Shown: positions 1-13,700 of the stretch, piece after piece | Position numbering within the stretch: position 1 is the first letter of the stretch | Layout of the letters: the number at the start of each line of letters is the position of its first letter | Source: Lingula anatina | Taxonomy: Eukaryota; Animalia; Brachiopoda | Direction: 5' to 3' | Length of the DNA stretch: 64,000 nucleotides | Assembly: GCA_051362555.1 (NCBI GenBank) | Contig: CM120649.1 | Span: 10,726,001-10,790,000, forward strand | Notes under the pieces: generated by a model | What the model was told of the DNA's origin: nothing | What the model saw: the letters and a program-made list of their open reading frames with translations, nothing else | The model's database searches: none | Position numbers and translations under genes: made by a program

Positions 1-1222
1 AATGATATGGGATATATAGCTTGTGAAAGCCTAGGTATAAATACCAACAAGGTATGCAGCTCATCTCTAAACCAGCCCCGTCAATCAAACACACATTATC
101 TTCACTTGCGTCTTAGTTTAAATGCAGTCAAACAGGCTATAAATACGAATATATTGCGCGTTTAATTTAGATCTGCTGATTCGAAAATAATATAATCCAT
201 TTCTACTACTTGCACAAGACGCCTACATTTTGGTATTTTTATAGTGACCATACCTATACCCTAAATCCTGAAAATTGAAAAAAAAAAAATTCTGAAACAA
301 AATGCGTAAATGAATAAAGTAGCTAGACTATCCTTCATAGGGAGCTCTTTACATAAATTGCAGTATTAATAGATTTATAAAACGTATGCAGTAAAAATCC
401 ATTATACTGTGCCTATATAAGCTCTGAATCACTATAGTTCTTGACAGTCCAGTGGACATTTAGGAAATTCACGGGAATAAACGCGTCCATATGAAAATAA
501 GAGCTTATACTAACTTGAAACGGAATAAAGAACGAGTGAGTGAGTGAGTACACCCCCACTCCACACACACACACATGCACACAATCACCCACGAATGTAA
601 CTGTCTTGAAAGCAAGAAGCAGAGAACGCCATAAACATTTTAGTAGTATTAGGCATCCTAAAGGTAGTCACGCAGCAAAACTTTTGTGTTCTTTAAAAAA
701 ATCTGAGAATATATTATAGCAAATATAATACAATTTAAATAATTGAAATGCATTTCTTTCCAACATTCAGTTTACGTACGTTTTTTGGTAGCCTCTCAAA
801 GTTTTAAACCTCAACTATTGGAGACCATAACAGAGTCAGCCAAGGACACGTTTGGGGAACACGTTAGAACACGTCATGATGGACATTAACAGGTGTAGGA
901 CCAGAACAGAGCCTCTGGTAAACAGTTTAGAACCAAGGGACCGAACTTGATTTGAGGACCAGAAGAGAGGCTTTACAGACGCGCACGAGAAACTCTTCAA
1001 GAAAAGGAGGTGTAAAATTTCAAAAGTTTCACAAGACATGACGTTTCATGGCCTCACTTTTGAAGGGAGTGAGGAACAGGACATGAGGGGAAGGTGTTTG
1101 TGTGAGGCAATAGGCCATCAAGGAAGAGTGGGTAGGCACCTGGTCATAGGAGCGGAAGAGGGCACTGGGAGCTAGGCCAGGGATAAGAATTAAGAAGATT
1201 AGAACAGATCACTGAGGAAGAT

Positions 1223-2030
1223 TCATACATTTTCAATTAGAACATTTGATACTATTTCAAAAATTTTGTCAATTTGACCAGGGGTTAGTGTTTTTTGACC
1301 ATGTAGGAACAGTGATATCTTATCTAGTTGGGTTCCAAAGAAGCCGATTGACAAAATATGCCCCCACTGCGACTCAATAGAAGATGAAGCACACTTTTTT
1401 CTAGAATGCAGTGAACACAGAGTCGAACGGGAAATACTGTTCGCTTCCATACCAGAGGCAGGGTCCAACAGACAATCAACTATCTATTTTACTCAATCCA
1501 CTCTTTGCGCAGTGTGTGTGCCATTTGTAAATTTGTATCCATGCATGGATGAGCATAGTTTACTACTTAAATTATTCTTTTATATTTGTATTAGAGAGAG
1601 CCTGTAAATGTAAACCATTTCTTTGTGCTCAATAAATTATTATTATTATGAAATGTGCATAAGTTGCACAAAGTATATCTTCAACAGATTCGTCGAAATC
1701 ACGATATTTCCTCTGTTTCAGTGAGCACTGAAAGAAAAAATGTCGGATGTTTTGCGGGTTTCCCACAGAAACAGTTGGGAGAAGCCATAGCTGTCCAGTT
1801 GTGGTCATATACATAGTTGGGCTTTAAATAAGAAATCGACCCGGGCCTTGTTTAGGATTTTTTCATTTTGTCTCGGAAGCTTCAGATCGGTGGTGGACAT
1901 TGTTGCTGGGAAGGCTTCATTTCTAAGATTATATTTGAGAGAAGATGCAGAAGGAAGATTTTTCTGGGTGGTGTTTAGTTCATCCCAGCTTGTCATCAAA
2001 AAGTGAAAATAATGGTCAACCATCACTTTA
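1223..2030 (-). mobile_element. Degenerate non-LTR (CR1/L2-group-like) ORF2 C-terminal remnants with two CCHC zinc-knuckle ends
   Basis: Minus strand reads ..SWDELNTTQKNLPSASSLK..ILNKARV..HNW..PNCFCG..NIRHFFFQC, then a second C-terminus ..QMAHT..GLSKIDS / QLDKISLFLHG..KIFEIVSNVLIENV*. The knuckle of the second one (CPHCDSIEDEAHFFLEC) is on the + strand. Frameshifted. Confidence 0.7.
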
Positions 2031-4049
2031 TAGAATTGCGCCTTTTTGTAACACCCTTTGAGCAGTATATTTTACTCTTTTTTTTAACAGTTTTCGACTC
2101 TCCCTCTCATTCTCTCATTCTCTCTCTCTTTAGAATTAACATTCACATATGATGGTCTGGAGATAGGAAATTAAAAAGTGTTAATTCGTTACCCGGTATA
2201 CCATAAACAGTGTAGTAATCAGGAAGGGACATTTAGTAAAGCATTGTTGTCATCAGAAAGCCAACCATTTGTTGCTACCCTACACGAGTCTAATGCCATT
2301 GTTCTAAAGCAAATTACTCACACTTTCACTAATTACAGATAATAATTAAAATTGAATCAAACGAGTAAAAGGATAGAGAGTTATTGAGTGTAAGTTAAGT
2401 TTCACCAAGAGTCAACAAGTGTAGAACATGTTTTTAGTGTCAGAAAAAGATGGAAAAGGTCAAAGTCAGAAACGGTTTATGTGATTGGTTAATATCATAA
2501 CATATTTTAATTTTGATCAACATTTTATCACATGATAACTTAGTTTCGAATAAAGTCCAAGCATGAGTAATTCAAATAATATTTTAGATTTCTTTAATTG
2601 AAAACAAGTCTCTTATGGATTACCTAATAAGGAAATGTTGCATGGTGACTTGCAACATGCGAATGGAAAATATTATGACCCTATGACCTTACTGGGCACA
2701 ATGTATAAAAAAAATAAATAGAGTTATTATTTATTCTGAACTGACAGACTAAATAACAAGAGTCATAACCGACGTTTTGATGCTCCATCAGTGGACCCGA
2801 TCAGTGGAATGATGACCACACAGGCATTGACCACCATCCTAGGAGATGTGCCCATACCGTCAGCCTTTAAATTGCTACGATGCTCCCAGAAGACAAGGGG
2901 CGATAAAGCCGTTAAGTACGAGAAGCAGTTAACATAAGATCCGCCCCCCCTCGCTTAACCGCAAACAGGGCCCCAATCTAAACAGAGTTCACGATAGCAT
3001 CTTGTTACCAAGGTGTTGGATTCTGAATGGTGAATTTCACGAGATCAAGCTCATATTTCTGGTGAATAGAAACGACATGTATAGATCTCATTTTCACGCC
3101 TCAAATTTAAAATAGCATTATTATAATAAAAGTGTTGAAAATAGATCCGTCCAGTTTAAATAAATATACACACCGCGAGTTTAAATAAATATACTTTTGA
3201 AATGCTAGTTTTCCTCCTGCTCAATCACGCGCGTTCGATACCATGAGACAGTTATTTAAACTCAACTGTATATACATGTACCACTTGAAAATTTATGCGG
3301 TTTTTACTATTTACGAAAGAATATAACTGATTGTTCAAAGGCTAGGGGGTCGAGAGAGGGACATATCTATACACGCTTTATCACGCTTTAATCGTTCACG
3401 TTCGTTAAGCGGGTTTGAGAGGTTCGTTGCTGGACTACTGAAAAGTTAAACGGAGATTGTACTCGTATATCATACGGCATAGGAACGTACACAAATATAG
3501 AGGACCACAACTTCAGGATATAGTTTGGTTTTATTTAATTAGTATTGATCTTAAGTTTCTTTATTTGTATAGGGACACAAAATTTAAAGTAGGCCAATAG
3601 TTAGTTCGTAAATATTATATCATAACATCTATCCAAATAACAAATACAAGAAACAGAGAATGTGTGTAGACTCATTATAACAGTGTGTTTCTTCGCGGTT
3701 GCAATTCAATACAATAATGACAAAATACTTAGATCCGCTAGTTATGGGTCGTTGACTTGCTGAATAACCTTCAGCTATATTTACAAAGTGATGAAAAACA
3801 GGCCCGCCCTCACACTGCGAAATTAAATAAATCTACTATTTGAATGCTAAATGAGAAACGACTATTTATCAATTTTCTCGTGCTAAATCAGACTAGTTGT
3901 GTTTCGTAAGTGTAGTTATACATGTACATATAAACCACAGGGCAATTCCGCTGCGGTTTAACGTCAATATAAACGTTAAAAGTACGTTATATTAGTACTA
4001 CATGTTATGTCACCACCCCACCGTGCAGTTACGGCAGTGCATGTAGCTC

Positions 4050-4051
<2 letters not shown>

Positions 4052-4092
<41 letters not shown>

Positions 4093-4100
4093 CGTGTGTG
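4052..4100. repeat. (GT)n microsatellite; longer counterpart at about 8674-8731
   Basis: Direct reading. Confidence 0.95.
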
Positions 4101-4729
4101 TCCTTCCTTCTGATAAGCCAATACAAAAAAACGTACATGTATGTGAGAACCAATGTTAAAATGTAAGCTAATAACGTAAATAACTAACACATTGGAGCGT
4201 TGCTACGTCACCAACTGTTCAATATGACTAGGTGGCAAACATTAAACCATCGATGCACATTGTCGTACAAAGCGTCATGCTGACAAAGCGGTTTAGAGCT
4301 GACAGAATAATTGGCCTCGTTTTCGTCTTACATCGATTCACAGGTAACTGTAACCCGAACGGGGTCAGCACCATGAATATTCTTTTAAGCAGTACAAATA
4401 TAACAGCTGAAAAGTGTTGATTGCAAGTTAAGTGCAAGTGGTGGTGTTGCGTACTGATAGCGGCACAGTAAGGTGGTAAAGACAGTCACCTGCGTGTCAC
4501 TATTGTGAACTGTTGACAGCTTCACGTACAGTATATGTAGGCCGAGATGCAGACTTGATTGATTAAACGAGCGACTTGCGAAAGGTAAATATGTGATTTT
4601 TCTTCTACCGACTTAATCTACATGTATTTGTCAACTGCCTCAAAAACATGTTGGTGAATTTTGGGATCATGTAACCATAGGATAGCTCTTGGCTATAACC
4701 GAAATATATTGCCGAGAAACAGAGGTAAA

Positions 4730-5036
4730 GTACCATGCGACCTGAGTGATCCAACGAGTCTCTCATATGGCATGGTAGGTTGATGCTTTATATCAAAGGA
4801 TAGATTACTGCTTTTTTTTTAAAACAAGTGCCGGAATCATTTATTGATTTGAACACGGACAAAGACTAGTGTGCGTACCATGCGACCTGAGTGATCCAAC
4901 GAGTCTCTCATATGGCATGGTAGGTTGATGCTTTATATCACAGGATAGATTACTGCTTTTTTTAAAAAACAAGTGCCGGAATTATTTATTGATTTGAACA
5001 CGGACAAAGACAGATTATTGGTTCGTCTAGTGTGCG
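4730..5036 (+). repeat. Local tandem duplication, two units of about 145-160 bp
   Basis: gtaccatgcgacctgagtgatcc...cacggacaaagac at 4730 and 4875; both units end tagtgtgcg; unit 1 lacks about 16 nt. Confidence 0.93.
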
Positions 5037-5596
5037 GCCATGTTGAATTTTATGACTTGGCGCTATAAACGGGGGAGGGAGGGGGGGGGGTAAAAACGGT
5101 GTGTATAGGATCGTCTTTCAGGTACGTGTTCTTAAAATGGATGTAACGAGGTGACAGAGTAAAACTGTCTATAATAGTTCATCTGCACTTGTTTATGATC
5201 AGTGTTCAATATACTGTGACGCGAGCCCTCTCCTCGGGAGTCCCGTGGGCACGTTAATTTAATCGCGGGTCCGGAGAGAAGTTGATTTTCCCCAGGGAAA
5301 GTATATCCCAAGCACGAACAACTAGAGTGGATTTCAAATAAAGACAAACAGCTTTAATAAACGCAGAAATCGATTAAATGGCTTGTTTAATATCGCCCCC
5401 GGCATGTCTCATGCTTCCATCACGTGTTCTTATCGCTGTCAACAACGCTTCCGGTACTATTTTGACCCCTGCAGTGCACAATTCCGGTCATGCGCACATC
5501 GCACCTTTCGAATAATGCAAGTCGTATATAGTGAAACCACGCAAGTATCCCGATCTAACTAATCTAACGTCTTAGCTTGGCGTGCTTACCGTAGTC

Positions 5597-8500
5597 GACG
5601 CGCACGAGAAACTCTTCAAGAAAAGGAGGTGTAAAATTTCAAAAGTTTCACAAGACATGACGTTTCATGGCCTCACTTTTGAAGGGAGTGAGGAACAGGA
5701 CATGAGGGGAAGGTGTTTGTGTGAGGCAATAGGCCATCAAGGAAGAGTGGGTAGGCACCTGGTCATAGGAGCGGAAGAGGCCACTGGGAGCTAGGCCAGG
5801 GATAAGAATTAAGAAGATTAGAACAGATCACTGAGGAAGATTCATACATTTTCAATTAGAACATTTGATACTATTTCAAAAATTTTGTCATTTTGACCAG
5901 GGGTTAGTGTTTTTTGACCATGTAGGAACAGTGATATCTTATCTAGTTGGGTTCCAAAGAAGCCGATTGACAAAATATGCCCCCACTGCGACTCAATAGA
6001 AGATGAAGCACACTTTTTTCTAGAATGCAGTGAACACAGAGTCGAACGGGAAATAATGTTCGCTTCCATACCAGAGGCAGGGTCCAACAGACAATCAACT
6101 ATCTATTTTACTCAATCCACTCTTTGCGCAGTGTGTGTGCCATTTGTAAATTTGTATCCATGCATGGATGAGCATAGTTTACTACTTAAATTATTCTTTT
6201 ATATTTGTATTAGAGAGAGCCTGTAAATGTAAACCATTTCTTTGTGCTCAATAAATTATTATTATTATGAAATGTGCATAAGTTGCACCAAGTATATCTT
6301 CAACAGATTCGTCGAAATCACGATATTTCCTCTGTTTCAGTGAGCACTGAAAGAAAAAATGTCGGATGTTTTGCGGGTTTCCCACATAAACAGTTGGGAG
6401 AAGCCATAGCTGTCCAGTTGTGGTCATATACATAGTTGGGCTCTAAATAAGAAATCGACCCGGGCCTTGTTTAGGATTTTTTCATTTTGTCTCGGAAGCT
6501 TCAGATCGGTGGTGGACATTGTTGCTGGGAAGGCTTCATTTCTAAGATTATATTTGAGAGAAGATGCAGAAGGAAGATTTTTCTGGGTGGTGTTTAGTTC
6601 ATCCCAGCTTGTCATCAAAAAGTGAAAATAATGGTCAACCATCACTTTATAGAATTGCGCCTTTTTGTAACACCCTTTGAGCAGTATATTTTACTCTTTT
6701 TTTTAACAGTTTTCGACTCTCCCTCTCATTCTCTCATTCTCTCTCTCTCTCTTTAGAATTAACATTCACATATGATGGTCTGGAGATAGGAAATTAAAAA
6801 GTGTTAATTCGTTACCCGGTATACCATAAACAGTGTAGTAATCAGGAAGGGACATTTAGTAAAGCATTGTTGTCATCAGAAAGCCAACCATTTGTTGCTG
6901 CCCTACACGAGTCTAATGCCATTGTTCTAAAGCAAATTACTCACACTTTCACTAATTACAGATAATAATTAAAATTGAATCAAACGAGTAAAAGGATAGA
7001 GAGTTATTGAGTGTAAGTTAAGTTTCACCAAGAGTCAACAAGTGTAGAACATGTTTTTAGTGTCAGAAAAAGATGGAAAAGGTCAAAGTCAGAAACGGTT
7101 TATGTGATTGGTTAATATCATAACATATTTTAATTTTGATCAACATTTTATCACATGATAACTTAGTTTCGAATAAAGTCCAAGCATGAGTAATTCAAAT
7201 AATATTTTAGATTTCTTTAATTGAAAACAAGTCTCTTATGGATTACCTAATAAGGAAATGTTGCATGGTGACTTGCAACATGCGAATGGAAAATATTATG
7301 ACCCTATGACCTTACTGGGCACAATGTATAAAAAAATAAATGGACTTATTATTTATTCTGAACTGACAGACTAAATAACAAGAGTCATAACCGACGTTTT
7401 GATGCTCCATCAGTGGACCCGATCAGTGGAATGATGACCACACAGGCATTGACCACCATCCTAGGAGATGTGCCCATACCGTCAGCCTTTAAATTGCTAC
7501 GATGCTCCCAGAAGACAAGGGGCGATAAAGCCGTTAAGTACGAGAAGCAGTTAACATCAAGATCCGCCCCCTTCGCTTAACCGCAAACAGGGCCCCAATC
7601 TAACCAGAGTTCACGATAGCATCTTGTTACCAAGGTGTTGGATTCTGAATGGTGAATTTCACGAAGCTCTTATTTCTGGTGAATAGAAACGACATGTATA
7701 GATCTCATTTTCACGCCTCAAATTTAAAATAGCATTATTATAATAAAAGTGTTGATAATAGATCCGTCCAGTTTAAATAAATATACACACCGCGAGTTTA
7801 AATAAATAGGCCTATACTTTTGAAATGCTAGTTTTCCTCCTGCTCAATCACGCGCGTGCGATACCATGAGACAGTTATTTAAACTCAACTGTATATACAT
7901 GTACCACTTGAAAATTTATGCGGTTTTTACTATTTACGAAAGAATATAACTGATTGTTCAAAGGCTAGGGGGTCGAGAGAGGGACATATCTATACACGCT
8001 TTATCACGCTTTAATCGTTCACGTTCGTTAAGCGGGTTTGAGAGGTTCGTTGCTGGACTACTGAAAAGTTAAACGGAGATTGTACTCGTATATCATACGG
8101 CATAGGAACGTACACAAATATAGAGGACCACAACTTCAGGATATAGTTTGGTTTTATTTAATTAGTATTGATCTTAAGTTTCTTTATTTGTATAGGGACA
8201 CAAAATTTAAAGTAGGCCAATAGTTAGTTCGTAAATATTATATCATAACATCTATCCAAATAACAAATACAAGAAACAGAGAATGTGTGTAGACTCATTA
8301 TAACAGTGTGTTTCTTCGCGGTTGCAATTCAATACAATAATGACAAAATACTTAGATCCGCTAGTTATGGGTCGTTGACTTGCTGAATAACCTTCAGCTA
8401 TATTTACAAAGTGATGAAAAACAGGCCCGCCCTCACACTGCGAAATTAAATAAATCTACTATTTGAATGCTAAATGAGAAACGACTATTTATCAATTTTC

Positions 8501-8672
8501 TCGTGCTAAATCAGACTAGTTGTGTTTCGTAAGTGTAGTTATACATGTACATATAAACCACAGGGCAATTCCGCTGCGGTTTAACGTCAATATAAACGTT
8601 AAAAGTACGTTATATTAGTACTACATGTTATGTCACCACCCCACCGTGCAGTTACGGCAGTGCATGTAGCTC

Positions 8673-8723
<51 letters not shown>

Positions 8724-9059
8724 CGTGTGTGTCCTTCCTTCTGATAAGCCAATACAAAAAAACGTACATGTATGTGAGAACCAATGTTAAAATGTAAGCT
8801 AATAACGTAAATAACTAACACAATGGAGCGTTGCTACGTCACCAACTGTTCAATATGACTAGGTGACAAACATTAAACCATCGATGCACATTGTCGTACA
8901 AAGCGTCATGTTGACAAAGCGGTTTAGAGCTGACAGAATAATTGGCCTCGTTTTCGTCTTACATCGATTCACAGGTAACTGTAGCCCGAACGGGGTCAGC
9001 AGCATGAATATTCTTTTAAGCAGTACAAATATAACAGCTGAAAAGTGTTGATTGCAAGT
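5597..9059 (+). repeat. Direct segmental duplication, copy B
   Basis: Same start and end words as 978-4428; offset 4619-4631 bp; separated from copy A by a unique 1168-bp spacer (4429-5596). Confidence 0.97.
5842..6649 (-). mobile_element. Duplicate of the LINE C-terminal remnants in copy B
   Basis: Near-identical to 1223-2030. Confidence 0.7.
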
Positions 9060-9260
9060 ACGATAGTGAGTACACCTTATATCGACAAATCAACTTACAA
9101 GCAACGGTACCGATAATTTCATAGGATGATTTTAGTTGCCACGTACCAAACATGTATGAAGCCTATATACAGTTGTATTTATGTATTAATCAATATAGCT
9201 ATTGCATTCAGCGCATCCTAATCATGTGTTGGCTACTCGTGTTCTGTAAAAACTAGTAGT

Positions 9261-9745
9261 GGGCCATTCCGTGGTATTTTTTTGCTGTTACGGAAGGACA
9301 TTTGACACTTCAAATGAAAATATTTTCAAAAGTAAAAAAGTTACAAGGTCCATTTTTTGTATCTTTATTCTTCTATATGTAAGTTTTAATTAGGCAAAAA
9401 ATTAGGTTTAAAAAATTACAGTTACGAAAAAATTGTAATAAATAGTTAGCGTCTCGGAAGGACGTGAAATGGACATGGAATTTTAACTTTCAACTTCAAC
9501 ACTTAAATTCTGCTCTGTCTGTGTAGATATTTTTAAAGTCAAATCAAAATATGAATAATTGATTATTTTACTTTCTCAGTGTATAAAATTTTTTTTGGAA
9601 AAAAAATAAAATTGAAAATATTCCATATAAAAATTTTTAAGATTCTGGTGTCTTATGGTGTCTGGTTTCAGAAATTATAAGTTTTATAAGTAGGATTCCT
9701 ATTTCAAATTTTGAGGTCTGCGGACCAAATACCACGGAATAGCCC
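9261..9745. mobile_element. MITE with 19-bp TIRs and 4-bp TSD (possibly Sola2-type)
   Basis: TIRs gggccattccgtggtattt / aaataccacggaatagccc (1 mismatch); tagt on both flanks (9257-9260, 9746-9749). Superfamily inferred from GRG termini plus 4-bp TSD. Confidence 0.85.
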
Positions 9746-10767
9746 TAGTGCGATGCCCAAGGTGGGTCCAAATCTGTAAAAACATAAGACAACAAGTGCT
9801 CAACGCTGATGAGAACATTTATATACGACACTACAATAACAGCTAACGAAGACACATTAAATACCCATTAGATTTATTGGGATGTACGTTTGTAGAATGT
9901 TAGTTCGTCATTTTTTTCTCGTTATTCTTTTCAGCTCCTCACATCACTTTATAACGTATACACATGTTGGTGTGAATTCAAAGCACGTCGACCGCGGTCT
10001 AGTTCCCCTGTAAATCTATTATTATTATATTCCTATCTTGTTACGTTTTTATCATTTTTTTTTGTCACATTCTGTTATATTGTGTATTATTCTGATGGGA
10101 CGTAGGGCTTTAATGTTTGATAAATTAAACTGAATGGAATTGAGAGACCAAGGTGTTCTGTAAAGGAGATCAAATTGATACGCCCTTTAGAAACCTTTAG
10201 GTGCTTTTAAAGAACCTTTATAAAAACATCGTGTGCATCGGGCTGCGTCCCTCCCATACAGGTAGAAAAAACCACTCCCAATAATTATCATTCAGTATAT
10301 CAGGCAAAAGACACATCAAATCCCAAACACCTTGTCACACAGCTGTCTGTAACGCTGCTTTTTGTCATCTTGTTTTCTTCTTAACAAATTATTATTTTAA
10401 AAGTCCCTACATGCGGGACCTCAAATATTCATATTGTATTCAGCTTCCTAAATATTTTTCACTCGTTTCTTATGTCACAGTGCCGTGCTTATACATATGA
10501 TTCATCAACTCCAATATCACTTTACATTCCAGCTGGGGCACACAGCGTGAGACGAGGGTCACCAATGCTCTCTTGGTCAGCTGCAGCCCTTTCGCAACAA
10601 ACGGCATCTTTTGACCATCTCATGCTGATATATTACGATGACTGACGTGTGCCGTCAATAGCGGATAAAAGGAGAACGCCCGCCGGTGTCGCCCTCTGGT
10701 TCAAAGTAACTTCCAGTAGGCCCCTATGACAACGACAAGGCTAAACTTCACATAGAGCTCATGTATA

Positions 10768-13700
10768 ATGGTTCGGAGGTGTTCACTGTGGAGTTTCGTC
10801 CCAGTGCGGGCTATCCGTCAGTCACCACTGTCTTTGGTCTGTTATACTTTGTTTGTGTTTGCTGTACTGATGGTTTGGCTAGGAATACGTCTACCACTAG
10901 GCAACAGTGAACAGAATAAGGTTGGAGAGCTTGGCAACAATAGTGGTCCTGCTCATAATGGGCTGGGTCAAGATGAATATAAAGAGAAACAAAACCAAGT
11001 AAGTGATTAGGCCTTTGTTTGCTATGATTTTATAGTTTGCATTGATAAAAACAGTGGTTAGATACTTTAATGGTGGATATTTTTTTATCCTTACAGATTG
11101 CAGACCATGGATTAAAACTGCATTTTTAAATATCAAATCATAGCTAGTTTTATTTGAATATGGACCTTTCGATGAGCAGAAAATTAAAAAAAAAAGATAA
11201 ATTTCAAACTGATTATAAGGAAAATGTCGTTTATGGATCAAGAAAAAGACACCGCCTGAAGTTAAAGTTTCTGTAGAAACCCCTTTTTTTATTATGAATT
11301 CCATGTTTGCAATAGCTCCATAGTTGAGTGATATATACTCCCCCTCTTATAACTGACCAATGCTTTCTACAGGCTGTGGTCAAACTGGACCTCATGGGAT
11401 TAAAGGTGCTGCTGCTGCACCCTTGCCCAGGGAGACAGTTCGAATGGATGCGCATCCGTATTGAGCGGATGTGGCTCCAGTGGCGCCAGGGTGCTATAGA
11501 TCTTCTGAAGACTGGCCAACTGCAACGCGTTAGGAAAAAGAAAAAGGTACATTATTGACTCATTACATGTATTTACCTTATTTCTGGTGAAATTTATTTC
11601 GGATCGATTCTTTTGTGAGCGTTGTTATGAGAATTAAGCACTGTTTGCAAACTAATCTACGTGTACCTTTGTCAATAGTCCATGCTAATTACAATTTACC
11701 GTGGCTTTTTCTTCAAAGTTTTCTGATACACGTAAACTTAAAGAGTTACTGGTGAACTGAAGGGAAGTTAATTATAAACAATTTAATATTTTCAAATTTA
11801 TTCAGATCCTGCTTTTTTTCGGCACACTTGCCGGAGTAACGAGACTGGATGAGCTCGCTTTCAAAGGTAATTTTCTGTTGGTCAATATATGTTGGCTTTC
11901 ATGTTACTCATCAATGGGATCATAAGGCATTGACAGGTGGTTGTCATATATTAAAAACAGTATGTGCATCCGGTCAAAAGGATACAGCATACGACTGCCG
12001 CACTGGCAGGGTTTGTCCCCGAGTTTGCACCCCGAGTTCAGAGGATAGCGGAAGCTGTCCTCTATTATCATCAGAGAAGTGAGTTGCTTGTGAACTATGT
12101 GACTCAGAACGGCTTTGACTGATGAATGTATACCATTAAACCGGTCTTCTTTGTGTCTTATGATATTTTTACTCCTTTTTCCTATGTTTAAGTTATTTGA
12201 CTATTCTACCGGTACATGCTGTAACATTTGACGATTGTGTAGTGATAATACAACAGTAGATGTGTCACTGAGTGTCAGTTAGTGTTAAAAAGTCATTCTT
12301 GTGTTACAAAGATTTATGGGCTCCTATCACACTATAACTCTTCTGTATAAAAATGTGATAACTTGTTATATTTGTCAAGTCATTATCAACAAGTTGTTTA
12401 CTTATTTCTTTTTCCCTTTTTTTTTGGAGGGGGTGGGGGTGGGGGCGATAACAGGAACACGCAGAGGGTAAATTCTTGACACGAAGTGAAACTTTGAACA
12501 GGCTTCTTACACTCATTAATCTCTTCCAGGCGGTCCACTTGGTGAATTAGTACAGTGGTCTGATTTAGTGACGTCAATCTATATTCTTGGTCATGACATA
12601 TTCTTCTTCACTGAATTAAATCAACTTTACAGGTGAGTTTTTTGTCCGATTTTAAATATACATTCCTGTTAACAACGCACGGAACATTCCTAAAACTAGT
12701 TAATTTTTTCTAAATTACACTGTGGCAGACGTCAGAAGACCGTTATATTGATATTTCTGGCTTAGCAATGGCAGTTGAAAATGTTCAAGTTACGGAAGTT
12801 GAACAAACTCCGCCAGCAATGCACAATACGTTATATATATACCCAAACAAAATATCAAAAGTGAAAGGTCGCGTGAGCATACCAAACGTGTCTCTGTCGG
12901 TCTAACGTGTAATTGGGGCATATTAAAGGGGGATAAAGCATTTTAGTACAGTATACCTCAGCGACGAACAACATTAACAATGCAGTTTTGATAATTTAAA
13001 TTGAAAGCAATATTCCTTTATCTCTTGGAATATATCATACTTTGTAGTACGCGTGTCCCACTTTCAATTTTATTTTTGATTCAAATATTTTATGTAAGAA
13101 TAATTACGAAAAATGCTCATCCATTTCCACATTTTACCTGTTCGCATCCATATACAATACAAACTACAGTCCATCGTCATGTTTACAGAAAAACGCTTTT
13201 TATTGACAAAATGAGAAGATGTGGATATTTTAATTTTATATTTAAAAAAAATGATATTTAAACAACTGAGATATAGCGTAACGTATCCCAGTTTACATGT
13301 ACCATGTCGAAACCTAAGCACGTAGAATTTACAGCAACACTATACGGGGGAAATACTGTGCCTTACATGTATATATATGTAAAATATACACCAAATATTG
13401 GAATCTGCCCTAGCCTTGAAGATTGTTATAAAAGTGAAATAATAACAGTAATGATAATAATAAAATCATACTTTGAGATGAGAAGGAACTGTTAATAACA
13501 AAATGTATTAAAAAGATAATGAGAGTTAACTGATTTAAAGTTTAGTTTTAAAACGAAAAACGGCTAAATGATAAAAACCTTTTCAATAGCAATGTACTGG
13601 GTATAAGACAGAATATTATATCGTAACATGTCAATGAAAAACGAGCATTATTCATGTCCCCATTTCACTTCCAGACAATTGGCTGATGATGGTGGAGACG

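Larger units (their letters stand above)
978..4428 (+). repeat. Direct segmental duplication, copy A (about 3.45 kb)
   Basis: Starts gacgcgcacgagaaactc and ends gattgcaagt. Colinear with 5597-9059 apart from scattered substitutions, small indels and microsatellite length changes. The ORF track shows paired near-identical ORFs (1223/5842, 1629/6248, 1805/6424, 4232/8863). Confidence 0.97.

Noticed and set aside
4730-5036. Possible hammerhead ribozyme in the tandem unit (accatgc..gcatggt stem, ctgagtga)
   Set aside because: The core CUGANGA and GAAA motifs are not correctly present.
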